A DNA stretch of 64,000 bases from Diplonema japonicum (Eukaryota > Protista > Euglenozoa: Diplonemea). A program made the position numbers and the translations under genes. Positions 48,001-59,327 of the stretch are shown piece by piece (within the stretch, counting starts at the first letter, position 1; each line of letters starts with the position of its first letter). The DNA lies in assembly GCA_964019335.1 (NCBI GenBank), contig OZ025707.1, positions 62,001 through 126,000 on the forward strand, given 5' to 3'. The notes under the pieces are model-generated. The model was not told the origin of the DNA and made no database searches. It saw only the letters and a list, made by a program, of their open reading frames with translations.

Positions 48001-50256
48001 CGTTGCACTGCACCCGACACCAGCTGTGGTGCACATGGGCGACGACCCCGAGTCTCTACAGGTGAAATCCTTCCTCGATTCAGAAATCGGTTTACGGTTC
48101 ATGTCAGCAACGAAAAAACAAAGACAAACACGAGCAAAACTAAGAGACATGGCAATGAGGAGGCAAGAGAGGCTGAAAGAGCTCGAGGAACAGTGGTCCC
48201 CCCCCGCACCGAGCGAGGGAGGTACACCAAAAAATGTATCTGGAAAAGACAGCACGGCACCAACGGATGGGAAAGCACCACTGGAGGATGAAGTCCGGAG
48301 ACCAACAGATGCCGATAGATCAGAGTGGAATGCAACGGTACGAGAGGAGATCCCCTCCGACGAAGGGTCCGACACTTCTTCCGACGACAGCGTCACCGAA
48401 ACACGAGACGCGGACCATGCGGCACTGCATGTTGATGGGTGTGAGGAGGACTACTGCATCACACCTCACGACGCTGCGGCTCACTGTAGCATTGCGTTGT
48501 CATCCGTCTGCGAGGGTACTCACGCGTGTGCCGAGGCCAGCTTGGCATCGGGTGAAGCTCTGCGCGCGATAGTCGAGACCTCCCTCAACAACGACAAGCT
48601 GAAGAGACTCAACCGCAAAGGGTTGGAAAACAAACCCAGCACCACAGCCGTCGACGACATGTGGGAACAAGCTGCCACTACAACGGCAACCACGACAAGC
48701 GCACAGGTGGAGGAAGCGGAGAAACCGAAACCGAAGAAGGGCGCTAAGAAAGAAGACATCGAGGCCCCCATCGTGGAGAACAAGACACCCACGAAGGGCA
48801 TGGAAATACACGTAACCTGCAAGCAACGTCTCACCAACGCTCTGAGCTACTTCATGGGGTGCGACGACTGGGCAAACGCGGCGACGGCCGCTCATGAACT
48901 CGCCAGGATCTCAATGACAATGGCAGATGTACCGGAGGCGGCAAAGTACGTTCTGTTGGCGCAGAGTTTGGACGCAGCCGTGTATGGGTTGAAGGTGTTC
49001 ATTTCTGCGGCAAACCCGCAAAACAAAGAACGGGTCCTGTTCAACAGGCTGGCCCATCTATCCACAACAACAGGCGCGTACAAAGAAATCCAAAGCATTC
49101 TCCAACAAACATCTGACGTGTACAAGACGCTGAGGGTGTGGACCGAACCGTTCGTGCCAAAGGGAAGCACGAGCACAACCACACATGTTACCTTACACAT
49201 CGGCAGCAAACGGCAGCACATCTACACCGTGGTACAGCAACCACAAGGCAAACCGATAATCGTCAGCAGGAGCGAGTACAATGTGAACAAAATAACCGAC
49301 GTGAAGAAGGCAATCCGCGACCTGGACAAGGACAGGACCACCTACCTCAATGGCGACACTGCAACAGAGGCCCACCTTGCCGGTTTAGAGGAATCGTACA
49401 AAACTGTACTAGAAAATGTGAACGAGGCAATCTCCCCGGCTTTTCAGATATGCAAAGAGCTGACAGGCGACATCGCTTTGCACGTCAACAAGGAACTGCA
49501 AACCCTACCTTTAGAACGGCTGGATGTGTTTAAAAACGCAAGGATGGTAACACGGGACCTCTCGATGTGGCATTACGAGGCAAGGGTTGAAAGAGGGTCT
49601 CTCGATAAACCTAAAATTGACAGCCTGTCATACATTGTTGATGTTCACGATGAGTCTGACGGCACGATGCTTTCCAGTATGAACGGAAAGGGCAAGGGTG
49701 AGACGGGGAAACATGAAAACGGGGTTTTACTCTCTCCTTCTGGGACCGCGTTGGTGAGATCGGTCCACGGTGCCTCCGGGGTCATGGCGTATCTGTCGCC
49801 AGGTAGATTATCTGGAGATCTTCCCACCGCTGGGCTTGCCGGACTGTCGTTGTCTTCTCTCCGGTACCTTGCTGTCTTTGACAACTCGCTCGACCCGAAA
49901 TCTTTCCGTAGAATAAGCTTTCAGGACTCGCTTCTCCATGAGTCGGCATTTCTTCTCGAGTCTCCGCCAGTGATCGCTACGCTGCTCTTGTGCCGTGGGG
50001 TTACCTCCCTGCTCACCAACCAGCATGCTTGCTCTATCCCTGCCGCTGTGTCTTCTGTGAAAGATTTTCTCTCCGCGATCGAAAAAGGGGTCTCTCCTAG
50101 TGAGGGCCTCCACTCTGCCCGATTTCTTCCCGATGCCGAGGTTTGTATTTTTCTTTAAAGGGGGAGGGAAAGGGAAAAAAAAAAAAAAAAAAAAAAAAAA
50201 AGGTACCTTCTAAAAACTGGGAGATCGGAAACACCATCTCGTGGGGATGCTTCTAG
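42035..50256 (+). CDS. CFAP46: Cilia- and flagella-associated protein 46 (TTC40)-like (exons 42035-50140, 50203-50256)
   Basis: A ~2720-aa TPR-like helical protein. CILIWNMALPLL, LHKPLWEADVQFRCKMG, the C-terminal LQTLPLERL…VTRDLS…YIVD and the spliced end NTISWG resemble CFAP46. Confidence 0.75.
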
Positions 50257-50431
50257 AGGAGGGGGGGAAAAACGAAAAAAAAAGAAGGAGGGTGAAAAAA
50301 AAAAGAATATGTGTATTAACCAACTTTTTATTGAAGTTTTTTCTTTTTGGTCCTTTTTTTTTCAACAACGTGCTAGCTGGGTAAGGGAGGGAGGGGGGAA
50401 GGAAAGAAAGGGGGGGGGGGGGGGGGAGGAA

Positions 50432-52229
50432 ATGACATCTGCTGATGAAGATTCAAAATATCTAGAATATCAAAAGGTGTGCAACAAACAAAAAAAGAAA
50501 TAATAAACAAAAAAATCCATTTTTTTTTTTTTGGAGGTCACGCAAGTCCAGAGACCGGTTTCGGGATAAATTTCGGGTGAGGGCCTACTCATGGATGATG
50601 ACAGATGCTTTCACAACAGGTTCATCCCGTTCTGAGCCTTGCTTGCTTAGATGAGACACAGGGCTTTATTCATTTTCACTCCTGACAACAACCTTTCTTT
50701 TTTGAGGTTCCTATTTTGCTCTGCATGATGATCACGAAACCAGAATAAGAGTAGTGGTGCATAGTGCGTGTCCCTCTTCTTGAGGGATGCACACAAAGAC
50801 GCATAAACGGTTTTCCTCCTAAAACTAAAACACTGACCCCCCCCCTTTCCCCAACCCTTTGTGCAATTTCCCCCTTTGAAAACCAAATGATGCAGATATA
50901 AAAACTCAAGTATTTCATTTATTCGATTCTGTTGATGAGATCAAAAATTTTAACCTCACAAAAGACTGATTTTCTTTTTCTTGGGGACCAATGTTTCCAA
51001 CCTCCCTGTGGTGGTTCCTGGTAATTGTGGTTTGGAGAAACACAAACGAAAGGGAAACTCTCGTTCTAAAGCCGTACACGTGGGGAAACCTGGACGGGGG
51101 TGGAGAGCCCGCCCTACGCGTGGCGCCAGTTAGCATCGCCCTCAACGGAGAGTCCCTTATCCCATTACATCGAACAAGGAGGTGGCTTCACCAGGTCAGG
51201 CAAGTAGCCTCCCCGCGGCATCGTGCCAGTGAAGCAAGCCTGCCACAACTCTCTAGTTGGTGTTTAATTGCTTCTGTGGCCCCTCTCCCTATTTCAATTT
51301 CCAAGCTTTCTTTACCTCTCCACTTTTACTTTCTACGGGACCACAGGGGACTTGGGAGGCTTCGGGGCGAAGTTTCACAAGGGTGGCCGCTGTGTCACAT
51401 ACTGCATGGCACCACTAAAATCGAGACAACTTTTCTTTTTTTTGATAGAAGGGCCCTGTTTGCATCGGGGCTGACGGCGACCAAGCTGAGGGGACTGAGA
51501 GAAGATTACCGGAAAGAAAGGATTGGAAAATGGGAGCATCATAAGGTAGGCACGCCACCGCAGTGCTTTTTTAATGGGAGAGCACCTGCTGGAGTTGCAG
51601 GGTGTACCCAAGAAACTAAACGAAGGTCTCGTGCCCACACCCGAAAAAGTCACCAAAAGCAGGACACGCAGGATCACTCTTTTGCCTCCTCATGGATGAT
51701 GACAGATGCTTTCACAACAGGTTCATCCCGTTCTGAGCCTTGCTTGCTTAGATGAGACACAGGGCTTTATTCATTTTCACTCCTGACACACTTCTTTTTT
51801 TTTTGAGGTTCCTATTTTGCTCTGCATGATGATCACGAAACCAGAATAAGAGTAGTGGTGCATAGTGCGTGTCCCTCTTCTTGAGGGATGCACACAAAGA
51901 CGCATAAACGGTTTTCCTCCTAAAACTAAAACACTGACCCCCCCCCTTTCCCCAACCCTTTGTGCAATTTCCCCCTTTGAAAACCAAATGATGCAGATAT
52001 AAAAACTCAAGTATTTCATTTATTCGATTCTGTTGATGAGATCAAAATTTTTAACCTCACAAAAGACTGACCCCACAAATTAAAAATTAAAAATTAAAGA
52101 TAAACAAAATAAAAAAAAAAGGTGCCTGAGTTATACAACGAACTGCTCCGGGACCTGTTGAAAGCAAAGCCGCGGGACGTAAATCTGTGGATGCTAAATT
52201 GGTTTGAGAACCAAATTAATTCGAAATAG
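50432..52229 (+). CDS. 50-aa Dpy-30/RIIa-like dimerisation-docking microprotein and snoRNA host gene (exons 50432-50476, 52122-52229)
   Basis: Splicing the GT-AG intron 50477-52121 gives MTSADEDSKYLEYQK|VPELYNELLRDLLKAKPRDVNLWMLNWFENQINSK*, which matches the D/D pattern YL…V..L…L..L…KP.D…….F. It is absent from the ORF track. Confidence 0.75.
50595..52070 (+). ncRNA. snoRNA cluster 2 (intronic): A (50595-50685, 51696-51786), B (50725-50836, 51826-51937), C (50887-50969, 51988-52070), RNA Y (50983-51431) and RNA X (51444-51679)
   Basis: Near-identical to the cluster 1 units, with the same C and D boxes. It lies wholly within intron 50477-52121. Confidence 0.8.
50983..51431 (+). ncRNA. ~450-nt structured ncRNA Y (RNase MRP/P-like or large H/ACA candidate)
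   Basis: GC-rich unit between T-rich spacers in the snoRNA cluster, with multiple hairpins. GGAGAGTCCCT (51147) is complementary to ACCACAGGGGACTT (51340), and there is a terminal ACA at 51426-51428. Confidence 0.5.
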
Positions 52230-52304
52230 ATGCTTCTCTCTCTTCTTTTTCTCTTTTTTTTTTCTTTCCCCCCTTTTTTTTACCTACTTCCGTAGGGCCA
52301 TCCC

Positions 52305-52335
<31 letters not shown>

Positions 52336-52532
52336 ACACACACAAATAAATAAATTAAACACTTCTTTCCGTACGTTCCATTCAGACCTTTTTATAAAAA
52401 CAAAAGCAACTACTCTTCCGTACTTGTCGTGGCTTTGGCGAGATTCCTGGGGGGGGGGGGGGGGAAGCCACCCGCAATATCCCTTTTTTTTTCCTTTTTT
52501 TCTTTTTACCCCTTCCACCGGAATGTTTTTAC

Positions 52533-52563
<31 letters not shown>

Positions 52564-52567
52564 GATA

Positions 52568-53410
52568 ATGAAGCGAAAAGTAGAAGAAAGCACCTCTCGT
52601 TTACCAAAGGAGATCCTTGAAAGCAACGTGTTAGACCTCTACGATTGGGATGAATGGTGCAACGTGATGGAGTGGCTGTATTCGGAAGACGAGGAAGAGG
52701 TGACAATGGGTGTCGAGAGGGTGGGCGTGTGGCGCTCGGGCGTCGGCACAAACATAGCCATCGACGGCACGGCAGGCCTCATGAAGGCAAGGATGCAGGA
52801 CTCAAAACGAAGAAACAGTATCGAGAAAGGAGTAGCATGCCACATAGACTCCCAGGACCTACAGGTCCAATACAGCACAACCATCATCAGGCTGGTGAAC
52901 GGATTGACCAGCGAGGTAGAAGCAAAGACCGGCAAGATGACTAGAACAGTCAGACAAATGGCAGCAGATATCCTCCTCCCCTCTGAGCTAGTAGATGTAC
53001 GTCATGCTGCGACACATAAGGCGCTTCCGCAGCTGCCCGAGCTTCGTATTGCGGCAGCGCTTGCTTTGTCCTATCTTTACAAGAATTACTGGTTAACGCA
53101 GCAGCAGGATTTGCTGCAGTTCACGAGGCAGAAGAGGCGGAACACACCCACGCCGCCGCCTTCCTTCAACACCATACACCCTTACCTTCTGGACAAGCCT
53201 GTTCCAGTAGACACCCACCTCACACTTGGGCAGCTTCAGTCAAAGCTCGACACGGAGTGCCCGAAGGGAATCGAACACACGCTTTCAAAGCTCGAGAAAG
53301 AGCTTGACATCAAAGAAACCGACACGTTGTGGCCCGTCTCTGGCGTGACCACCGAGGAGATCAACCGGAGAGGCGGCGTGCACCACGCTGCAAAATATCA
53401 GATTGTGTAG
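52568..53410 (+). CDS. LAS1: Las1-like HEPN endoribonuclease (pre-rRNA ITS2 processing)
   Basis: DWDEWCNVMEWLY, YSTTIIRLVNGL, LPSELVDVRHAATH (HEPN R-x4-H) and LSYLYKNYW. Confidence 0.9.
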   Translation: MKRKVEESTSRLPKEILESNVLDLYDWDEWCNVMEWLYSEDEEEVTMGVERVGVWRSGVGTNIAIDGTAGLMKARMQDSKRRNSIEKGVACHIDSQDLQVQYSTTIIRLVNGLTSEVEAKTGKMTRTVRQMAADILLPSELVDVRHAATHKALPQLPELRIAAALALSYLYKNYWLTQQQDLLQFTRQKRRNTPTPPPSFNTIHPYLLDKPVPVDTHLTLGQLQSKLDTECPKGIEHTLSKLEKELDIKETDTLWPVSGVTTEEINRRGGVHHAAKYQIV

Positions 53411-53539
53411 ATGAGATGAATGGGGGGGGGGGGGGGGGGGGAAGGGAAGAGTGAGAGACTTATTATTATTTCCCCCCCTTTACCCCAGGAGCCCGCGGTA
53501 TCTCTCACTCAGACAAAACACAAAAAAAAAAAAAAAAAA

Positions 53540-54180
53540 ATGGGGTTTGGTTTCGCATCCGATGGGTGGGAGGGTTCGTCAGTAAGTACCTCCTGTGCGT
53601 CGGTATCGCTCCTTAGTGAGATGGAGACTTCCTTCAGCCTGTCTCCTAGCAATTACAGCCGGAAGGGAAAGGGTGGTGGCTTCCAGTGGCAAGACTGCGA
53701 AGACGCGGTGAATAGAGGCAAGGAGCTGGCGGCGATGCAAGTTCGAAGAATGCAGATGCAACATGCGGTGGGGTCCACCAGCAGCGATTTTGAAGCAGAC
53801 AGCTTTTACAGCCCTCCGAAGAAGCCCACTGTTATGGACCCCGATCCGACAGACAGCCTTCGCTGTGCGCTGAAGGCGTACAACCGCATCGCAGCCTTGC
53901 ACGCTACCACTCAGATCTCTCAGCAGTACCCTGAAGAAGGCCCTCATATCATAGCTGCGGTGATCTCTGCTGAGCTGCCCACGCTTGCTGTCCCGTTCAT
54001 CGTGGCGCATTGGAAGGCTGTGCTGGAGGCCTGGCAGCGGCCTATTGCGCGACAGGGAGAGCCAGCACCCGTCACGGTTCACCCTCGCGAGCCGAACGGC
54101 AAGAAACGCGCCCCGCTCCAACAGCGACTCGTCAACACGGAGAAGCGGAAAGTTCGAAAACGGAACGTAGATATGCTGTA

Positions 54181-54181
<1 letters not shown>
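53540..54181 (+). CDS. Hypothetical protein
   Basis: 213-aa ORF starting right after an A-tract. Confidence 0.6.
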
Positions 54182-54218
<37 letters not shown>

Positions 54219-54317
54219 TTCACACAGAAAAAAGAAGGGAAAAAAAAAAAAAAAAAGAAAAAACCTGTTAGATATTCGTTTGTAATTTTTTTCTTTTTCT
54301 TTTTGAAAAGCCTTCTG

Positions 54318-54361
<44 letters not shown>

Positions 54362-54389
54362 AGCACCAAAAAAAACCCCAACAAAAAAA

Positions 54390-54452
54390 ATGACCAAGAC
54401 CATCAGCCGCCGTAAGCAGCGCAAGGCGCACTTCACCGCCCCCAGCCATGTA

Positions 54453-54495
<43 letters not shown>

Positions 54496-54921
54496 TAAAT
54501 ATATTTTTTTCTACCAAGGTTCGCCGTGTGATCATGAGCGCTACCCTTTCCAAGGAGCTGAGGACCAAGCACAACGTGAGGGCCGTTCCCCTTCGCAAGG
54601 ACGACGAGGTCAAGATCGTGAGGGGCAGCCAGAAGGGCCGTGACGGTAAGGTGATCGCTTGCTACAGGAAGAAGTGGGCCATCCACGTGGACAAGATCAC
54701 CAGGGAGAAGGTGAACGGTGCGTCCGTGCAGGTGCGTCATTAAAAAAAGAAGAAGAAAAAAAAAAAAAATACCACCCTCCCCTATACAGATCCCCATCCA
54801 CCCTTCGAATGTTCAGATCATCAAGCTCAAGTTGGACAACGACAGGAAGAAGCTCCTTGCCCGCAAGGACAGGTCCACCAAGGGTAAGGCCACCGCCGCC
54901 GAGATGCACAACATCGACTAA
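54390..54921 (+). CDS. RPL26: 60S ribosomal protein L26 (uL24) (exons 54390-54449, 54519-54731, 54790-54921)
   Basis: [15 protein letters not shown]|[31 protein letters not shown]…[10 protein letters not shown]|[16 protein letters not shown]. Confidence 0.97.
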
Positions 54922-55041
54922 GCTGGCTGAGTGAAGGAGAAAAAAAAAATGAAGATTTTTATGTTGGAGTTTTTTTTTTTATTCTAAAAAAAATTTATCC
55001 AAGAAAAAAAAAAAAAAAAAAAAAAAAAAAACTTCTCAGGG

Positions 55042-55081
<40 letters not shown>

Positions 55082-55083
55082 TG

Positions 55084-58000
55084 ATGTCGTTCCTTCCTGT
55101 CCCCCCTCCCTTGACCGATGAGCTTAAAAGAAAGCTGAGCACCCGGAGATTGGCGCAGAGGCGCAGTGTTGTGTCGTTCATGCCGATCGCAAAGGAGGAG
55201 AAGAAACCGATGACGGGGCTGGACAACCTGCCGTTGGACATCCTGCGCCAGGCCTTCAGCGACGGGTTCGGCGGGTATCGACCGTTGGAACTGGAGCCCT
55301 TCTGCGAAGCATTCGCCGACCTTTTCAACGCAAGCGACGACGACCTAGCAGTCATGTTCAAACGGATCGACGTCAACGGAAACGGCACGGTCGACTGGGA
55401 TGAACTCGTTTCATTCTTGCTGTTGGACTCCTCAGTTGCAATGGACACTACAGTTCTGGAACCAGACACATCGTACAAAGAAGGGTACATGAGCTTCCCA
55501 TCGCAAAGGGGTAAGGATCCGACACGATGGGTGGAGCACACTGACACAATCAACAAAATTCTGTCCCATCCACGCCACCCTGTCATCTTCACAGCAGGTC
55601 AAGACGGGATGGTGAAAATGTGGAACAGCAGCAACCTCGAACACACGCGCACTATTCTCAATGGAAGAAGCTGGGTCACAGATATGTTGTACACCCCCGC
55701 TAGGCCTCTAAACCCTGCTGGGAGTATAGTTGTGTCAAGCATTGACAGGGTTATATCCGTTTTCGATTCGACAACTGGTGATCTTCTTCGCACGTATAGA
55801 GGAAAGAAAAGGAAGGCGAAGAACGATACAAGACCTGAACTGGCGTACCGTTCGAACTTCCTGCTTCCCGTGCAGTACACCCAGTTGCAAGCGGACAGCG
55901 GCGGGAGCACCGAACGCGTTTCTGACACGGACGAGCACACCCCGCTCATGGCGCATTTTCGGAAGCAAAAAAAGATTACGATAACGTTGATGAACCACCT
56001 GGAGACGCCCCCAAGATCGTTGGGGCATGTTCAAGCGTCGGGGAGCGACCTCATCATGGTGGGAACCGACGACGCTGTGATCCGGATCTACAACATCACG
56101 AAGGAGTGTGTGTTTGGAGAGAACTCGATCCCTTGTGTCAACACATCCAAGCCCACCGGGCGAACAGGTTGGGATACCGGTCACTCCGGCCCCGTCACAA
56201 AGATCGTCGTTGTCCCGACCATAGAAAGCATTATAACCGCGAGTTCTGACGCTAGTATACGGCTTTTGGACTTGGAGTCCGGAACACATCTCCGCACCCT
56301 TGGAACTCCAATTGAACCCGCAAAGCAACAGTACAGCAAGCTGTCTATCAACAACAGTACAACGGCTGTACTTGGCTTGGATATGCTGAAGGCGGACATG
56401 GATGAAGGACATCGTAAGGCCATCCACACGTTTTCGTGGTGCGAGGAACGGCACCTCGTCGCGTCTTGCGGGAGCGAGCGGCACGTTCTCCTCTGGAACC
56501 CGTTCATATCAAAGCCGATCATGAAGCTGGCGGGGCACCGCACCCCTCTTGTCGATCTCGTGTTCAACCATGGCGAACACCAGCTCATCACACTGTCCTG
56601 CGATAAGATTGTTCGGATATGGGACCTCCGTACCTACCAGTGCATGCAGATCATTCCCGACCCCAACAGGTACCCTCCGGAAAACAGGCTGGGTGCTGTT
56701 GCGTACGACAAACGGCACGGGAGGATACTCACAGGGTCGCGGCGGCTTCATGCTCGAGGGATGAAGAAGCTAACATTGCCCGACGAGTCCAGTCTGCATG
56801 GACAGGCAAAGCTAGTCGCTGCGGTGTACAGCCCGACGTTCCGGCAAATTGTAACCGCAGACGACAACAGAGTCATCACGTGGGATGTGGTCACACAGAA
56901 ACCAGTTTCCAACTGGGTCATCCCTGGGGGGATCACGTCCCTTGCGTTGGACAAGAACGAGCGTCGGTTACTGACTGGAACACGCAACGGGGAGGTCCTC
57001 ACATGGAACTATGTGAACGGGCAGTTCCTACGTTGCTGTACACGGGACGACGACAAGCAACGGGAAACACAGAGCACGCTGTACTTAGTGCAGGAAACTC
57101 CGTACCGTCAGCACCTCATCTGCTGCTGTGTCGGGAACGAGATCGTAGTGTGGGAGGACGTCGAGACTCACTCCTTCAACAAAACCATTCGTCTGAACGA
57201 CATCGACGAAGGCGGGTACTGCTGCACCTTCCTCCCACCAAACACCCTTGTTGTCGGCACGGGTTCCGGCGGCCTGTCAGTTGTGCAGCTGAGCACGACA
57301 CATCGGTCAGTCTCACTCTCCAGAACCCTCCCTCAGGACGGTGTTGCCATGTGGCAAGGCAACGATATCGGTTCGCTGTACCACGGCAAGCCCATGGGGT
57401 GCGGGGTGACAGGAATCGACATCACAAAAACAGACCGCATCACAGAGGTGGTTCTGTATCTACAACGAACAGGCAGGGTTGTGATCACAGGCCATGGCGA
57501 CGGTGTAATATGCGTGTGGGACGTGCCGCACGAAAAACCAAACAAGGCCAGCGGTGAAGCGCTGTCCTTCCTGTGCGGACACCAGGTAGGGGAGAGCATC
57601 AACACAATGGCGCTCAACGCGGCCGAGACAAAACTTTTTGTCGGGCTGTCGACGGGTTATTACTGCGCATACGATGTCTCTCAACTTAGCACAGCGCACC
57701 CGGAAAAACTGAACCCCGCCGCGATCCTACAGCTGGAGAGGGTCCGCATCACCACGTACGGGATCAAGTCACTGGTGTACCTCAGCGACATAAACCTGCT
57801 CCTGTGCGGCATCACCACCTCGTCGCTGAAACTGATTTCCGGCGAGGGTCATGTAGTGGCTACATTTAACACCGACAAGAACACCGTGCTCAGCAGTCAT
57901 TTCACGGCAAAGCGGCCCACCATCAAACCCACTCCGGAGTCCGAACGCGCAATGGAAAACGCACGGCGTACTTGGGTCCACAACTTCCTGTTCAAGAACG

Positions 58001-58887
58001 GGCCGGCACATGTGGACATTGTCAAAGCCGGGTTTCAAAGTGAATACCGCTTGTCCGACAGCGAGACGGGGCAGCAGATTAAACACATAGTTTCTGAAGA
58101 TGAGAAACTGTGTATTGTGGATGGGAAGGTCATGTTTGCAGTCTGCGATCCGCCGAGCACGCCAAAGAAGTCCTCACTGCCTCGACCAAGCACGCCGAAG
58201 AAAACTGACAAAACCGGGCAGCGTAACCTCCGAGAGCGATCGACAACACCATTGTGCGCCCCAAGCACCATCGAACCCTCTTCATGGAAACCTGGTGTGC
58301 TTCGATGCTGTTCTGATTTGGCACCGGTGTCGGTCATTCCCTCGCCCCACAAAGAAGCAAAGCCACACGACGAAGAGAGCAGGGACCCAAGCGAGGCCGT
58401 GAAACGATTTCACTACCACTACCCTGACGAGATTGGTGGGAGCGGAAGGTTTGATATATATAAAGCTGCAGGAGTCTTATGGAAAACAGAGGATGATGAC
58501 GAGGAAGAAGAGTTGAACGGTTCGGAATGGGGTGGGAAGGTCGAGAAGAAAAGTGGTGGTCCGAAGATGTGTTTTGGAGAAGATGGCGAGCGGGGCCTTC
58601 CGTCGGTCATTCCTCAGGGCAAGCCGGTTCAGATTGAACCGTGTCAGGTGCCCAGGCCGCTGAGCCCGGTGAAGCTACCGCCGATTCCTGTTCCCACTCC
58701 CAAAATATCGCCCACTCCTTGCCCGCCTTCGCCGCCGCTTGACATCAGCATCCATCTATCTCCGACCCGAAAGACTAAAACCACTACCCACGCAATTTCT
58801 CAAATGCTGCTTGCGGTTATCAGCCCCGTTCATGACCCGCGGCGGACGCACAGAAAGCTGCAAGATACCAGCCTAGCCGAGTTGTGA
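55084..58887 (+). CDS. EF-hand plus WD40-repeat protein (WDR49/WDR64-like)
   Basis: FKRIDVNGNGTVDWDEL is an EF-hand. There are multiple GH…WD repeats (GHRKAI…LLWNPF; GHRTPL…DKIVRIWD). Confidence 0.85.
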   Translation: MSFLPVPPPLTDELKRKLSTRRLAQRRSVVSFMPIAKEEKKPMTGLDNLPLDILRQAFSDGFGGYRPLELEPFCEAFADLFNASDDDLAVMFKRIDVNGNGTVDWDELVSFLLLDSSVAMDTTVLEPDTSYKEGYMSFPSQRGKDPTRWVEHTDTINKILSHPRHPVIFTAGQDGMVKMWNSSNLEHTRTILNGRSWVTDMLYTPARPLNPAGSIVVSSIDRVISVFDSTTGDLLRTYRGKKRKAKNDTRPELAYRSNFLLPVQYTQLQADSGGSTERVSDTDEHTPLMAHFRKQKKITITLMNHLETPPRSLGHVQASGSDLIMVGTDDAVIRIYNITKECVFGENSIPCVNTSKPTGRTGWDTGHSGPVTKIVVVPTIESIITASSDASIRLLDLESGTHLRTLGTPIEPAKQQYSKLSINNSTTAVLGLDMLKADMDEGHRKAIHTFSWCEERHLVASCGSERHVLLWNPFISKPIMKLAGHRTPLVDLVFNHGEHQLITLSCDKIVRIWDLRTYQCMQIIPDPNRYPPENRLGAVAYDKRHGRILTGSRRLHARGMKKLTLPDESSLHGQAKLVAAVYSPTFRQIVTADDNRVITWDVVTQKPVSNWVIPGGITSLALDKNERRLLTGTRNGEVLTWNYVNGQFLRCCTRDDDKQRETQSTLYLVQETPYRQHLICCCVGNEIVVWEDVETHSFNKTIRLNDIDEGGYCCTFLPPNTLVVGTGSGGLSVVQLSTTHRSVSLSRTLPQDGVAMWQGNDIGSLYHGKPMGCGVTGIDITKTDRITEVVLYLQRTGRVVITGHGDGVICVWDVPHEKPNKASGEALSFLCGHQVGESINTMALNAAETKLFVGLSTGYYCAYDVSQLSTAHPEKLNPAAILQLERVRITTYGIKSLVYLSDINLLLCGITTSSLKLISGEGHVVATFNTDKNTVLSSHFTAKRPTIKPTPESERAMENARRTWVHNFLFKNGPAHVDIVKAGFQSEYRLSDSETGQQIKHIVSEDEKLCIVDGKVMFAVCDPPSTPKKSSLPRPSTPKKTDKTGQRNLRERSTTPLCAPSTIEPSSWKPGVLRCCSDLAPVSVIPSPHKEAKPHDEESRDPSEAVKRFHYHYPDEIGGSGRFDIYKAAGVLWKTEDDDEEEELNGSEWGGKVEKKSGGPKMCFGEDGERGLPSVIPQGKPVQIEPCQVPRPLSPVKLPPIPVPTPKISPTPCPPSPPLDISIHLSPTRKTKTTTHAISQMLLAVISPVHDPRRTHRKLQDTSLAEL

Positions 58888-59038
58888 ATACACCCCCCTG
58901 AAAAGATGTTTCCACATCCACTCTGAGGAAACCCTCTCCTGCCCAATTTTTTTTTCTCTTTTTTTTTCCCTCCCTTTTTTTTTGGTATCATATTTTGGGT
59001 CAGCCGTACACACAAAAAAAAAAAAAGAAAAAAAAAAA

Positions 59039-59327
59039 ATGCCGATTGAACTGTGTCTGGATGCTGCTGACATGGGGGCTGTTAAGACGGGGTTGGTATG
59101 GCACAGGGGGGGGGGGGAAAAGGGGGCGAAAAAAAAAAAAAAAAAAAAAAAATACAGGCTGCGGTGAATGGTTGGCACAACTGCCCGAAGGCGAAGCCCA
59201 AACCTCTCCCGGTCCCCAAGCCCATCCCAAAGCCAGTGCAGTCGGTATGTGGGGTACATAGGGGGGAAAGGAAGCCCCTCAGGCACCGACTGATTTCCGC
59301 GGTTGCATTTCACAGTGCCACATCTAA
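59039..59327 (+). CDS. Small spliced hypothetical protein (~62-66 aa; exons 59039-59095, 59158-59244, 59271 or 59283-59327)
   Basis: Two GTATG donors with in-frame acceptors give MPIELCLDAADMGAVKTGL|AAVNGWHNCPKAKPKP…VQS|…APTDFRGCISQCHI*. Confidence 0.5.

Noticed and set aside
50983-51431. Telomerase RNA
   Set aside because: No CCCTAACCC-type template for TTAGGG repeats is present.
50991-51755. 254-aa ORF over RNAs Y, X and A
   Set aside because: It runs across repeated ncRNA units and T-rich spacers inside an intron and has no protein-like motif.
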